The notes under the pieces are model-generated. The model was not told the origin of the DNA. It ran no database searches and saw only the letters and a program-made list of their open reading frames with translations. From assembly GCA_964511625.1 (NCBI GenBank), contig CAZEJG010000006.1, forward strand, positions 47,897-111,896: DNA of 64,000 nt. The letters are read 5' to 3'. The translations under genes were made by a program, and so were the position numbers. The stretch's first letter is position 1; each line of letters opens with the position of its first letter. Positions 35,015 through 45,670 of this stretch are shown piece after piece. Source of the stretch: an uncultured Hoeflea sp. (GTDB lineage Bacteria; Pseudomonadota; Alphaproteobacteria; Rhizobiales; Rhizobiaceae).

Positions 35015-37825
35015 TCATTGGCCCAGCCGTTCGAGCAGTGCCGGGATATGCACCTGGTCGGATTTGTAGTTGCCGGTCAGCATGTACATCATGATGTTGA
35101 CGCCGGCGCGGAAGGCATATTCGCGCTGCCACGGATCGTTCGGCACAGTCGGATAGAGCCGGTTGCCCGTTTCATCTTCGGCCCAGGCGGCGGCGAAATC
35201 GTTCGACGTGATCAGGATCGAGGAGACGCCGTCGCCGGCGCGCGCAGGCCGGTCGGCAGTCGCTTCCTCCTCGCTGGTGGCCGTCGCCTCGACCCAGAGC
35301 GGACCATCGGCGTAGCGACCGGGAAAATTGTCCAGAAGGTAGAAGGCCTTTGTCAGCACGTGATCGGAGGGCACGGGTTCGAGCGGCGGGATGTCGAGAT
35401 CGGCGAGGATCGTCTGCAGCCGGCGGGTGGGCCCGGCAGTGGCGCCACCGATATCGTCGATGCGGTCGCGGGTGTCGAAAAGCACCGATCCGCCGTTCTT
35501 CATATAGGCGTCGATCCGGCTGATCGCGCCCTCCGAGGGCATCGGCGCGTCCTCGCTCATTGGCCAGTAGATGAGCGGATAGAAGGTGAGCTGGTCGCTT
35601 TCGATGTCGACGCCGACGGGTTCACCCGGTTCGAGCGCGGTGCGGCTGGCGAGATAGTTGGTCAGGCCGTTCAGGCCTTGCCGGCTGATCGTGTCGACCG
35701 TGTCGTCGCCGGTGATCACGAAGGCAAGGTGCGTCTGGTCGAGCTTGTCGAGAATGTCGGCGTCGCCGGGCTGGACGTCCTGGGCCGAAGCCGGCTGCGG
35801 CGCGGCGATCAGAACCGTCATCGCCGCCGCGAGGAAAACGGCGGAAGCCGTCGCCGCGCGACGACCGGTCAGCCGCCGCAGCGCCCCGCCGAGGAAGAGG
35901 ACGATCAGCGTGTCGGCGAGAAGTCCGAGCAGGGCCGCGCCGAAGAGCCAGGGCTTGAGGTCGAGCGCCTCGCCGCGGCCGATCGAGGCGCGGCTGACGG
36001 GCGCGCCGGCATCGGGAATGTCCAGCGGTTCGATGCGTTCGTCCGGCGTGAACAGGTTGAGCGCGACATAGCCGTCCTCGGTGCCGTAGAGACCGGGCGG
36101 GTTGTCGGGGCCGGCGCGCGGCGTGCGGCCGTTCGACAGGTCGAGCGGCTTGGCGTCGCCCGATGCCGGCAACAGCGCGCCCGAGGCATCGAGAAGCTGG
36201 TATGGCGGCAGCACGGCGTTGGAGGATCCGCCGGCGCGGCCCACATTGTTGGAGAGCTGCACCACGCGGCGCAGCATGTCGACGAAATGGCCGGAGATCG
36301 GCAGGTTCGACCACCCGGCTTCGGCGGTGACGTGGAAGAGCACGATCCGGCCGTCGCCACGGTCGGCGGCGGTGACGAGCGGCGTACCGTCGGCAAGCGA
36401 TGCCCAGGTTCGGGCGGCGAGATCGGCCGAGGGTTCGGCGAGTACCTGGCGGTTGACGGTGACGTCGCGGGGCACCGGCAGGCCGGCAAACGGGCTCGTG
36501 GGCGGATAGTCGGCCAGCGGTTGCGGCTCGTCCCAAGAGAGCGCCCCGCCCAGTTCGCGCTCGCCCCGCCGCAGCTTGACCGGTGTCAGAGTGTCATTCT
36601 CGGCGGCAGCGAGGCGAGGGCCGGCGAAGCGGACCAGCGTGCCGCCGTTCTCGATCCACTGTTCGAGCGCAGCCGCCTCGGCTTCCGGCAGCGAGCCGAT
36701 ATCGGCCATGATGATGATCGCAGGCCGGCGCTCGATCAGCCCCGGGATCGACTTGGCGAGGTCGGCGCTTTCGGCGCGGACGATGTCGGCAAACGGCGAG
36801 AGCGCCTTGTCGATGTAGTAGAGCGGTGAGAGCAGCGGCTGGGCGATATCGGCGGATTCACCCGAGATCAACGCGACGCGGCGGCGGCGGAAACTGTCAT
36901 CGACCAGCCGGACGCCGGCGGCGGTGCGCTCGGCATCGACGTCGATCCGGGCGATGTCGTTGCGGATCTCGAAGGGAGCGTTGATCTCGCCCGTGCCGGT
37001 ATCCGCGCCGGTGGCAAAAGCCACCTCGCCGCGGGCGATGTCGCGGCCACGGCTGTCGCGGGCGGTGACCGTAACCGTGCGGGCGCCGTCACCGGGCAGA
37101 CGGCTTGCGGCGATCTCGAGTGCATCGGAGCCGTTGGAGGTCGATGTCAGCGCCACCGGCGGCTCGGCATCCGAGCCGAGGATCTGGATGTCGGCCGCGC
37201 CGAGCGCGAAGAGCCGCGAAAGCGCCTCGGTCCCATCCTCGCTTGCCATGTCGTCGGTAATGTAGGCGATGGTGCCGGGCGTCTGGCCGTTAAGCGCGGC
37301 TTCCATGGCGATCACCGTTGCGCCGCGTTGGGGCCGCGCGGGGCGCGGGGCAGCGGCAAGAAGCTGCTCGAGCGCGTCCGACGCGCTCATCGGCGTGGCG
37401 TCATTGCGTCGGTCGGCGGTGAACGCGATGGAGACCGGCACGCCGGCGTCGCGCGCCTCGCTGATCAGGTCTTCCGCGGCGGTCACACGATCCTCCCAGT
37501 CGGGTGCCGTGGCCCAGCCATTGTCGATCAGGAGCGCCAGCGGGCCGCTGGTCGCCAGTGTCTTGTCGCGCGGATTGAGAATGGGTTCGGAGAGCGCCAG
37601 GATGATCAGGGCCGCCACGAGGAGCCTGAGCGCCGTCAGCCACCAGGGGCTGTGCGCCGGGGTCTCCTCGGGCTTGAGCACGCGCGCCAGGATCGCCAGC
37701 GGGGCGAAGGGCTCGGCCTGCGGGCGCGGCGGGGTGAGGCGCAGGAGCCACCAGATGACAGGCAGGGCGAGGAGACCGAACAGGATCGCCGGTGCGCCGA
37801 AAGCGAGCGGCAGGCCGCCGATCAT
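35015..37825 (-). CDS. Large membrane protein: BatA_N-type N-terminal double TM, degenerate vWA-like region, C-terminal DUF4159-like domain
   Basis: The N-terminus is MIGGLPLAFGAPAILFGLLALPVIWWLLRLTPPRP. The position equivalent to MIDAS reads LALLIDNGWA, with no DxSxS. The C-terminal part (NDFAAAW, GVNIMMYMLTGNYKSDQVH) resembles DUF4159. An ATGA overlap joins it to the DUF58 gene. Confidence 0.85.
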   Translation of the reverse strand: MIGGLPLAFGAPAILFGLLALPVIWWLLRLTPPRPQAEPFAPLAILARVLKPEETPAHSPWWLTALRLLVAALIILALSEPILNPRDKTLATSGPLALLIDNGWATAPDWEDRVTAAEDLISEARDAGVPVSIAFTADRRNDATPMSASDALEQLLAAAPRPARPQRGATVIAMEAALNGQTPGTIAYITDDMASEDGTEALSRLFALGAADIQILGSDAEPPVALTSTSNGSDALEIAASRLPGDGARTVTVTARDSRGRDIARGEVAFATGADTGTGEINAPFEIRNDIARIDVDAERTAAGVRLVDDSFRRRRVALISGESADIAQPLLSPLYYIDKALSPFADIVRAESADLAKSIPGLIERRPAIIIMADIGSLPEAEAAALEQWIENGGTLVRFAGPRLAAAENDTLTPVKLRRGERELGGALSWDEPQPLADYPPTSPFAGLPVPRDVTVNRQVLAEPSADLAARTWASLADGTPLVTAADRGDGRIVLFHVTAEAGWSNLPISGHFVDMLRRVVQLSNNVGRAGGSSNAVLPPYQLLDASGALLPASGDAKPLDLSNGRTPRAGPDNPPGLYGTEDGYVALNLFTPDERIEPLDIPDAGAPVSRASIGRGEALDLKPWLFGAALLGLLADTLIVLFLGGALRRLTGRRAATASAVFLAAAMTVLIAAPQPASAQDVQPGDADILDKLDQTHLAFVITGDDTVDTISRQGLNGLTNYLASRTALEPGEPVGVDIESDQLTFYPLIYWPMSEDAPMPSEGAISRIDAYMKNGGSVLFDTRDRIDDIGGATAGPTRRLQTILADLDIPPLEPVPSDHVLTKAFYLLDNFPGRYADGPLWVEATATSEEEATADRPARAGDGVSSILITSNDFAAAWAEDETGNRLYPTVPNDPWQREYAFRAGVNIMMYMLTGNYKSDQVHIPALLERLGQ

Positions 37826-38739
37826 GACCGGTCCCCGGCAGAGGCCGCGGGAATGCCCGACAGGTGACCATGGAGGGCGGCGAGCGCTTCGGAGGCGAGA
37901 CGGTCGGTGCCGTGCGAGAGAAAGCTCCAGCCCTTGCGGCGGATCGCTTCCGACATGGCGGCGCGGCGGGCATGCCAGACGCGGCGATAGTCGTCGGCGA
38001 CGGTCTCGGCCCGACCGGCGACGAGCTTCTGCCCCGTTTCGGGATCACGGAACTCGGTGCGGCCGGAATAGGGGAAGCGTTCCTCGGCCGGATCGTGGAT
38101 CTCGACGGCATGGCCGCGCACGCCGCGTCCGGCTGCCGGGGCGATGGTGCGTTCGAGAACGGCTTCCTCGTCGAGGAAATCGCTGATCAGGACGACGTCG
38201 CTCATTCGGCCGACATGGACGAGGTCGGGCATGCCGCCATCGAGCGAGGTGTGGGAGAGCGCCAGCGCCAGCCGCTCGGCGGCGTTGCGCGAGGAGACCG
38301 GTTCCATCACGCCGGGGCAGCCGACGCGTTCGCCGGAACGTGACAGGAGCTCGGCAATCGCGAGCATGATGACGAGCGCGCGGCTTTCCTTCGAGGCGAT
38401 GGCGAGATCGCTCTGGTAGTGCATTGAGGGCGAAAGGTCGGCCCAGAGCCAGATCGTGTGGGCAGCCTCCCACTCGCGGTCGCGGACATAGAGATGGTCG
38501 TCGCGCGCCGAGCGGCGCCAGTCGATGCGCGACTGCGCCTCGCCGTCGACATAGGGGCGGAATTGCCAAAAGGTTTCGCCGATGCCGCGTTTGCGGCGAC
38601 CGTGCCAGCCGGCGATCACCGTGTTGGCGACACGGCGGGCCTCGGCCAGGCAGTCCGGCAAAAGGCTGGCGCGCATCCGCGCGCGGGCGAGCACGTCAAG
38701 CCGCGGCGTCGGGTCGATGATGCGGCCGATGGATGCCAT
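37822..38739 (-). CDS. DUF58 domain protein (MoxR partner)
   Basis: The FRPYVDGEAQSRIDWRRSARDDHLYVRDREWE signature is present. It lies 4 nt downstream of the MoxR gene. Confidence 0.9.
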   Translation of the reverse strand: MASIGRIIDPTPRLDVLARARMRASLLPDCLAEARRVANTVIAGWHGRRKRGIGETFWQFRPYVDGEAQSRIDWRRSARDDHLYVRDREWEAAHTIWLWADLSPSMHYQSDLAIASKESRALVIMLAIAELLSRSGERVGCPGVMEPVSSRNAAERLALALSHTSLDGGMPDLVHVGRMSDVVLISDFLDEEAVLERTIAPAAGRGVRGHAVEIHDPAEERFPYSGRTEFRDPETGQKLVAGRAETVADDYRRVWHARRAAMSEAIRRKGWSFLSHGTDRLASEALAALHGHLSGIPAASAGDRS

Positions 38740-38743
38740 GCGT

Positions 38744-39772
<1,029 letters not shown>

Positions 39773-39922
39773 GCTCGTCTCCGGAGTTTGGCGGGAACCG
39801 GCGCTCGGGAAAGCGATTCGCGATACCCTCTCTTCAAGCTTAGTCCCGGGGACAAGGCTGACAAGTGGCGTCGACTTGACTATCTCGTTACCGGCTACAG
39901 GTCTCGATTGACGGACAGCAGA

Positions 39923-40546
39923 ATGGCGAAAATGAGTTCAACGGGGAAATCGACGACGGCCGCCGGTCTGGCGGGCCTGATCGAGCGCGCGGCCGGAGAT
40001 CGCAATGCCGGCAAGGACGGTCTGCCGCCCGTAGAGCGCTGGAACCCGGACTTCTGCGGCGATATCGACATGGAAATCCGCTCAGACGGCACCTGGTTCT
40101 ACATGGGTACGCCGATCGGCCGGCAGGCGCTGGTGCGGCTGTTCTCCACCGTTCTGCGCAAGGACGAAGACGGAAAGACCTATCTCGTCACCCCTGTGGA
40201 AAAGCTCGGAATCACCGTCGAGGACGCACCCTTCGTCGCCGTCGAGATGACGCGGACCGAGGAGGGAGGCGAGCCGTCGATCACCTTCCGCACCAATCTC
40301 GGCGACGTGGTGACGGCTTCAGCCGACAATCCGCTGCGCTTCGTCGTTACGGCGGAGCACCAGCAACTCAAGCCCTATGTGCTGGTTCGCGGCCGGCTGG
40401 AGGCGCTCCTTTCCCGCGCCGTGACCTACGAGCTTCTGGAATATGGCGAGGAAGCCGATATCGACGCCACGGCGATGTTCGTCATCCGCTCGCAAGGCGC
40501 GATCTTCCCGGTCATGGCGATGGCGGAACTGGAGCGCCAAAGCTGA
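39923..40546 (+). CDS. DUF1285 domain protein
   Basis: [30 protein letters not shown] is typical of DUF1285. I chose the internal ATG at 39923. The upstream part of track ORF 39287-40546 is antisense to moxR. Confidence 0.85.
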   Translation: MAKMSSTGKSTTAAGLAGLIERAAGDRNAGKDGLPPVERWNPDFCGDIDMEIRSDGTWFYMGTPIGRQALVRLFSTVLRKDEDGKTYLVTPVEKLGITVEDAPFVAVEMTRTEEGGEPSITFRTNLGDVVTASADNPLRFVVTAEHQQLKPYVLVRGRLEALLSRAVTYELLEYGEEADIDATAMFVIRSQGAIFPVMAMAELERQS

Positions 40547-41196
40547 TGGTCAGCGAGTTGCAGCGTTTCGACGCGGCCGATTTCCGGAGCCGCGCCTCCC
40601 GGCATTCCCCCGACGAGGAAGTGACCGGGCCGGGGCCGACCTATCTCGCCCATGGCGATCACGCGCTCAACGCCGACATGGTGCTCGGGATCGACCAGGC
40701 GCGGCTGCGCCGGGCGGCGGTTCTGATCCCGGTCATCGACGACGGTGACGAGGCGCGGGTGATCCTGACCCAGCGCACGGCGACGCTCAGGAAGCATTCC
40801 GGCCAGATCGCCTTTCCGGGCGGCGCCGTAGATCCCGACGACAGGACCGTCGATCATGCAGCCATGCGCGAGGCGCACGAGGAGATCGGGCTCGATCCTG
40901 GACTGGTGGAAGTGGTCGGCCATCTGCCGGACTATCTGACGATGACCGGATTTCGGATCACGCCGGTTCTTTCGGTTGTCAAACCGGGGTTCGATCTCGT
41001 ACCCAACCCGGCGGAGGTCGATGCGATCTTCGACGTGCCGCTCGGCTTTCTGATGGATCCTGCCAACCACCGGCAGGAAAGCCGTGTCTGGGAGGGGCGG
41101 GAACGCCACTATTTTGTCATGCCTTATGGCGAGCGCTACATCTGGGGCGTGACCGCGGGCATCATCCGCCTTCTTTACGAAAGGCTCTATTCGTGA
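40546..41196 (+). CDS. CoA pyrophosphatase (NUDIX family, NudL-type)
   Basis: The NuCoA motif ILTQRTATLRKHSGQIAFPGG is followed by the Nudix box AMREAHEEIGL. A TGATG overlap joins it to the upstream gene. Confidence 0.85.
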   Translation: MVSELQRFDAADFRSRASRHSPDEEVTGPGPTYLAHGDHALNADMVLGIDQARLRRAAVLIPVIDDGDEARVILTQRTATLRKHSGQIAFPGGAVDPDDRTVDHAAMREAHEEIGLDPGLVEVVGHLPDYLTMTGFRITPVLSVVKPGFDLVPNPAEVDAIFDVPLGFLMDPANHRQESRVWEGRERHYFVMPYGERYIWGVTAGIIRLLYERLYS

Positions 41197-42464
41197 GCGA
41201 GACCGACAGAAGCGTCGCCGGCGAAACCTGGTTTCGGGACCGCGCGCTCAAGCGCATCTTCGACCTGCTGAACACCGACGGCGGCGAGGTTCGCGTGGTC
41301 GGCGGCGCGGTGCGCAACGCCCTGATGGGCGAACCCGTCGGCGACATCGACATGGCGACGACGCACACACCCGACGCGGTGACGGCGCGGGCACAGGCCG
41401 CCGGCATCAAGGTGGTGCCGACGGGTATCGACCACGGCACCGTGACGCTGGTCGTCGACGGACGCGGTTTCGAGGTCACCACGCTGCGCGAGGACGTGGA
41501 GACCACCGGGCGTCATGCCCAGGTCGCCTTCGGCACAGACTGGCAGGTCGATGCCGAGCGGCGGGATTTCACCATCAACGCGCTCTATGCCGATGCGTCG
41601 GGTCGGGTGATCGATCCGGTCGGCGGGCTTGCCGATATCGAGAGCCGCACGATCCGTTTCATCGGCGAGGCCGAACGGCGCATCGCCGAGGATCACCTAC
41701 GCATCCTGCGTTTCTTCCGCTTCTTCGCCTGGTATGGCGGTGGCCGTCCCGATGCTGAGGGGCTCAAGGCGTGCGTGCGCGCCAAGGACAGTCTCGGCGC
41801 GTTGTCAGCCGAGCGGGTCTGGAAGGAACTGAAGTCTTTACTGTCCGCTCCGGATCCGGGGCGGTCGCTGCTCTGGATGCGGCAGACGGGGGTCCTGACT
41901 TTCCTTTTGCCGGAGACCGAGAAGTGGGGGATAGACGCCATTCCGGGCCTTATCCTCGTCGAGGCGGATTTCGAATGGGCGCCCGATCCGCTGTTGCGTC
42001 TGATGGCGATGCTGCCGCCCGACCGGGTGCGGATGGAAAATCTCGCCGAACGGCTGAAGATGAGCCGGGCAGAGGCGCAGCGGCTCTACGACTGGTCGAT
42101 GTCGACGCCGCCGCAGCCGACGACGGCAGGGACCGCGCTCGAACGGCTTATGTACAGGCACGGCCGCGATGCGACCATCGACCGGCTGAAGATCGCCTTG
42201 GCCGTGACCAAGGGGCGGGCGGCCGAAGCGCAGGAAGCAGCGATGTCCGACATGGCCAAACTGACTGGCTTGCTTCGCAGGGCGATCAACTGGGAGCGGC
42301 CGGTCCTGCCGATTTCGGGGAAGGATCTGCTCGAGGCAGGGATGGAGCCGGGCGAAATGCTCGGCCAGCGACTCCGTCTGGCCGAGGAGAAATGGGTGGA
42401 AAGCAATTTCGCGCTGGATCGCGACCGCCTGATGGAGATCGCGACCCGCACGGGGCAGGCATAA
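41193..42464 (+). CDS. cca: CCA tRNA nucleotidyltransferase / poly(A) polymerase family protein
   Basis: The head-domain motif is VRVVGGAVRNALMGEPVGDIDMATT. The GTG start overlaps the upstream stop (GTGA). Confidence 0.85.
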   Translation: MSETDRSVAGETWFRDRALKRIFDLLNTDGGEVRVVGGAVRNALMGEPVGDIDMATTHTPDAVTARAQAAGIKVVPTGIDHGTVTLVVDGRGFEVTTLREDVETTGRHAQVAFGTDWQVDAERRDFTINALYADASGRVIDPVGGLADIESRTIRFIGEAERRIAEDHLRILRFFRFFAWYGGGRPDAEGLKACVRAKDSLGALSAERVWKELKSLLSAPDPGRSLLWMRQTGVLTFLLPETEKWGIDAIPGLILVEADFEWAPDPLLRLMAMLPPDRVRMENLAERLKMSRAEAQRLYDWSMSTPPQPTTAGTALERLMYRHGRDATIDRLKIALAVTKGRAAEAQEAAMSDMAKLTGLLRRAINWERPVLPISGKDLLEAGMEPGEMLGQRLRLAEEKWVESNFALDRDRLMEIATRTGQA

Positions 42465-42467
42465 GCC

Positions 42468-42659
42468 TCAGGCGGCCTTGCCCTTCTTGTCGTCGGTGAT
42501 TGCGGCCTTGATGCGCTCGACCATGGTTTCGCGGATGATGGTCTCGCCGTGGGTCTCGCGCATGTGCTCGACCGCCCGGGCCACGAGGTCGGCCTCGGTA
42601 TCGGAACTCGTGTGCCACGGACATCCCGGCACGACGGCTGCGCATTCGAACTTTTTCAT
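42468..42659 (-). CDS. DUF1059 small protein (63 aa)
   Basis: MKKFECAAVVPGCPWHTSSDTEADLVARAVEHMRETHG. GGAGG lies 7 nt upstream of ATG 42659. Confidence 0.8.
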   Translation of the reverse strand: MKKFECAAVVPGCPWHTSSDTEADLVARAVEHMRETHGETIIRETMVERIKAAITDDKKGKAA

Positions 42660-42805
42660 GGTTTCTACCTCCCTGTCTGGCGTGACGGGAGACCGGTCGT
42701 TTCCGGTCACCCGGCCGACCCGCATCCGGAGGCATAAGTGTTGTCTCCGGCGTGACCGGCTACGTCCCTCAATCTAGGGTCGGCTGGGGGCGATGTGAAC
42801 CCGGC

Positions 42806-43717
42806 TCAGGGAAAAAGCACGGTCGGCGGCAGCGAGGAGAGGATCGATTCGACGTTGCCGCCGGTCTTCAGGCCGAAGATGGTGCCGCGGTCGTAGAGCA
42901 GGTTGAACTCGACATAGCGGCCGCGGCGGATCATCTGCTCGCGGCGGTCGTCCTCGCTCCAGGGCTCCGCCCAGTTGGCGCGCACGATCTTCGGATAGAC
43001 CACGTGGAAGGCCTTGCCGACATCCTGGGTGAAGGCGAAATCGGCGTCCCAGCCGCCGTCTTCCTCCGAGGAATGCAGCCAGTCGTAGAAGATGCCGCCG
43101 ATGCCGCGCGCCTCGTTGCGGTGCGGCAGATAGAAATACTCGTCGCACCATTCCTTCATGCGCGGATAGTCCGCGACCTTGTTGCGGTTGCAGGCCAGTT
43201 CCATGGCGCGATGGAACAGGCGGGTGTCCGGGTCTTCCTGGGTGCGACGGCGGTCGAGCACGGGCGTGAGATCGGCGCCGCCGCCGAACCAGTTGCTGGT
43301 GGTCACGACCATGCGTGTGTTCATGTGGACGGTCGGCACGTGCGGATTGACCGGGTGGCAGATGAGCGAGACGCCGCTCGCCCAGTAGCGCGGGTCTTCC
43401 TCCGCACCGGGGATCTGCTTGCGGAATTCCTCGGAGAACTCGCCGTGCACCGTCGAGGTATGCACCCCGACCTTCTCGAACAGGCGCCCCTTCATCACCG
43501 ACATGACGCCGCCGCCGGTCTCGCCGCCCTCCCGTTCCCAGGGGGAGCGGACGAAGCGGCCAGGCTCGCCCTCGCACTGGGGATGATCGACCTCGTCCTC
43601 GAGATCCTCGAACCCCTTGCAGATGACGTCGCGCAGGCTCTCGAACCAGTGGCGGGCCGTCTGCTTCTTGTCTTCGATGTCCGCGGGGATGGCGCGCGGG
43701 AGGTCCGGTCTTTTCAT
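42806..43717 (-). CDS. hemF: Oxygen-dependent coproporphyrinogen III oxidase
   Basis: 303 aa from ATG 43717. Conserved segments are [27 protein letters not shown] and [15 protein letters not shown]. Confidence 0.9.
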   Translation of the reverse strand: MKRPDLPRAIPADIEDKKQTARHWFESLRDVICKGFEDLEDEVDHPQCEGEPGRFVRSPWEREGGETGGGVMSVMKGRLFEKVGVHTSTVHGEFSEEFRKQIPGAEEDPRYWASGVSLICHPVNPHVPTVHMNTRMVVTTSNWFGGGADLTPVLDRRRTQEDPDTRLFHRAMELACNRNKVADYPRMKEWCDEYFYLPHRNEARGIGGIFYDWLHSSEEDGGWDADFAFTQDVGKAFHVVYPKIVRANWAEPWSEDDRREQMIRRGRYVEFNLLYDRGTIFGLKTGGNVESILSSLPPTVLFP

Positions 43718-43859
43718 GGTGCACCTTGTCGTTCTGCGATCCCTTATCATCCTGAAGTCGCTACGCAAAGCTGCCGGAGTCCGCTGCTCAAGCAGGAAAG
43801 ACTCGGAATCGCCGACGTGTGGGCCTATATTTTTTTACACAACCGGATCGGAGGATCGC

Positions 43860-44126
43860 ATGCGCAACAACAGACAAGCGCCGCCTCTCGAAGGACTGCG
43901 CCGTCAGATGGGACGGGCGCGCGGGCAGACTGAGCGCCCGAAGAACAAGACCGATTCCTTTGTCCGCGAAACCTTTCTGCTCGATCGTGAGGCCGCCCGG
44001 ACCAAGGCCCGGGAATGGTTCGACGCCTGGCCGAAACAGGCTTACTGGACGGCGGTGGAAAGCTGGCGACAACTGCCCGACGACCGGATCGAGTTCACGA
44101 TGCGGCGGCTGCCGTCCGCCGATTGA
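43860..44126 (+). CDS. Hypothetical small protein (88 aa)
   Basis: GGAGG lies 5 nt upstream of ATG 43860, and G/C bias at codon position 3 is plausible. The 3' end overlaps the convergent reductase gene by 32 nt. Confidence 0.55.
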   Translation: MRNNRQAPPLEGLRRQMGRARGQTERPKNKTDSFVRETFLLDREAARTKAREWFDAWPKQAYWTAVESWRQLPDDRIEFTMRRLPSAD

Positions 44127-45126
44127 TCTCGACGTCGACTGCGTCGGCGGTCCATGTTCGCCGGCCGCCGTCTTCCGCCCTGTGAACGAGATCGACGATC
44201 GCCGTGTTGACCGGAGATGGCACGCCGTGACGTGCGGCCAGGGCCACGACGGCGCCGTTGATGAAATCGATCTCCGTTTGTCGGCCTGCGATGAAATCTT
44301 CCGCCATCGAGGTGCGGGAACCGGCCTCGATGCGCTGCAACTTCAACCCCGTGCGATTGAAGAACCAGTCGGGCGTGTCAAGGAAGGCCGGGATCAGGCG
44401 TGGCGGCAGGGGTCCGAGTTTTGCGGGCTCGATGCTCTCGGCCTTCATCGCCGCCAGGCCTTCGCGCTGGGCGCGGGCAAGGAGCCGACGCCAACCGCGT
44501 TGCGAGATCTGTTCGTAGAGGGTCTGGCCCGATAGCGCGTTGAGCGGATTGTTGAGATTGAGAAGCAGCTTGCTCCATTTGACCGCACGCATGTCGTCGC
44601 GGAATTCGACGGCGAAGGGACTGCCGGACAGCGGTGCCAGAAATGTTTCGAGGAGCGCATTGCGGGCAATCATCGTATGGCCGGAACTGGCCTTTCGGAA
44701 CTGGCTGGGCTCGGGTCGAACCACATTATAGGGGACCATGGCCTCGACGATCTCCATCGTCGGCATCATCGCGGCAAGCCGGCCCGTGTTCTCGACGCCG
44801 TTCTGAAGCGACAGCACCAGCGTGCCCGGACGGGCCTGGCGATTGATGGCGGCAGCGGCTTCCTCGTCGCCGGTCAGCTTGGTCGCCAGCGCGACGATGT
44901 CCGCGGTGGCGAGAATTTCCGGCGTCTCGGAAAAGCGGATCTGTCCGGCCGCGATCGTCTCTGTCCGTCCGTCGGCGGTAATCCTGGCGCCCGCCGACAA
45001 GGCATCGTTCATCGCCTTGCGACCGATGAAGGCGACGTCGAGGCCCGCGTTCACCCATGACAGTCCGACAAAGCAGCCGATGGACCCGGCGCCCAGAACG
45101 ACAGCTTTGGCCCGTGTCTTCTCCAT
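44095..45126 (-). CDS. 2-dehydropantoate 2-reductase family (PanE/ApbA-like) oxidoreductase
   Basis: An N-terminal Rossmann motif (VVLGAGSIGCFVG) and ketopantoate-reductase-like length and C-terminal domain. Confidence 0.75.
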   Translation of the reverse strand: MEKTRAKAVVLGAGSIGCFVGLSWVNAGLDVAFIGRKAMNDALSAGARITADGRTETIAAGQIRFSETPEILATADIVALATKLTGDEEAAAAINRQARPGTLVLSLQNGVENTGRLAAMMPTMEIVEAMVPYNVVRPEPSQFRKASSGHTMIARNALLETFLAPLSGSPFAVEFRDDMRAVKWSKLLLNLNNPLNALSGQTLYEQISQRGWRRLLARAQREGLAAMKAESIEPAKLGPLPPRLIPAFLDTPDWFFNRTGLKLQRIEAGSRTSMAEDFIAGRQTEIDFINGAVVALAARHGVPSPVNTAIVDLVHRAEDGGRRTWTADAVDVEINRRTAAAAS

Positions 45127-45127
45127 C

Positions 45128-45586
45128 TCAGTCTTGTCTGCTTGCGAGAACGTGCCGCGGACCGCAGCCGGTGCGTGCGGCTACGTCATCCGGATTGTAG
45201 AGCGCGCAGCAGTCCATCGACAGGCAGCCGCAGCCGATGCAGCCGTCGAGATTGTCGCGCAGCCGTGTCAGCACCGCGATGCGCTCGTCGAGGCGCGCAC
45301 GGAAGCCTTCGGCGATCTTCGCCCAGTCGCGTTTGCTGGGCGTCCGCTCCAGCGGCAGCGAGGCCAGGCGCTCGCGGATTTCCTCGAGCGAGAAGCCGAA
45401 GCGCTGGGCCACCGTGATGAAGGAGATGCGGCGGATGTCGGAGCGCATGAAGAGCCTGCGGCCGCCGGGCGAGCGGCGTGCGGTGATCAGACCCTCGTCT
45501 TCATAGAAGCGGATGGCGGAGACGGCGAGACCGGTGCGCGCTGCGACTTCGCCGATCGGCAGAAGGGGCGGGGAATGCTTGTTCAT
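45128..45586 (-). CDS. soxR: Redox-sensitive MerR-family transcriptional activator SoxR
   Basis: The MerR HTH is IGEVAARTGLAVSAIRFYEDEGL. The [2Fe-2S] cluster motif CIGCGCLSMDCC lies near the C-terminus. Confidence 0.9.
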   Translation of the reverse strand: MNKHSPPLLPIGEVAARTGLAVSAIRFYEDEGLITARRSPGGRRLFMRSDIRRISFITVAQRFGFSLEEIRERLASLPLERTPSKRDWAKIAEGFRARLDERIAVLTRLRDNLDGCIGCGCLSMDCCALYNPDDVAARTGCGPRHVLASRQD

Positions 45587-45604
45587 GAAATTTTGAATTA
45601 GCTA

Positions 45605-45635
45605 TTGACCTCAAGTGCACTTGAGAAAGTAGACT
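45605..45635 (+). promoter_or_regulatory. SoxR-box promoter: -35 TTGACC, 19-bp spacer containing a perfect 16-bp palindrome, -10 TAGACT
   Basis: TTGACC occupies 45605-45610. The palindrome CTCAAGTGCACTTGAG occupies 45610-45625. The spacer 45611-45629 is 19 nt, and TAGACT occupies 45630-45635. The over-long spacer and the CCTCAAG...CTTGAG dyad match MerR/SoxR target promoters. Confidence 0.75.
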
Positions 45636-45670
45636 GGCTTCCATCGGCATGCAACAGGGAGTGCATCACC

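Noticed and set aside
33250-36829. Two long + strand ORFs (33250-35094 and 34421-36829) opposite the large membrane-protein genes of the MoxR operon.
   Set aside because: The minus-strand genes are joined by overlap or 1-nt junctions to DUF58 and MoxR. They show TM helices, a DxSxS MIDAS motif and DUF4159-like segments. The + strand frames are Arg/Gly/Asp-rich with no features.
39794-39818. EcfG-type general-stress promoter (GGAAC-N16/17-CGTT) upstream of the DUF1285 gene, and similar GGAAC occurrences near 19928 and 46663.
   Set aside because: At the correct spacing the -10 elements read GATT or are absent. None fits GGAAC-N16-17-CGTT.
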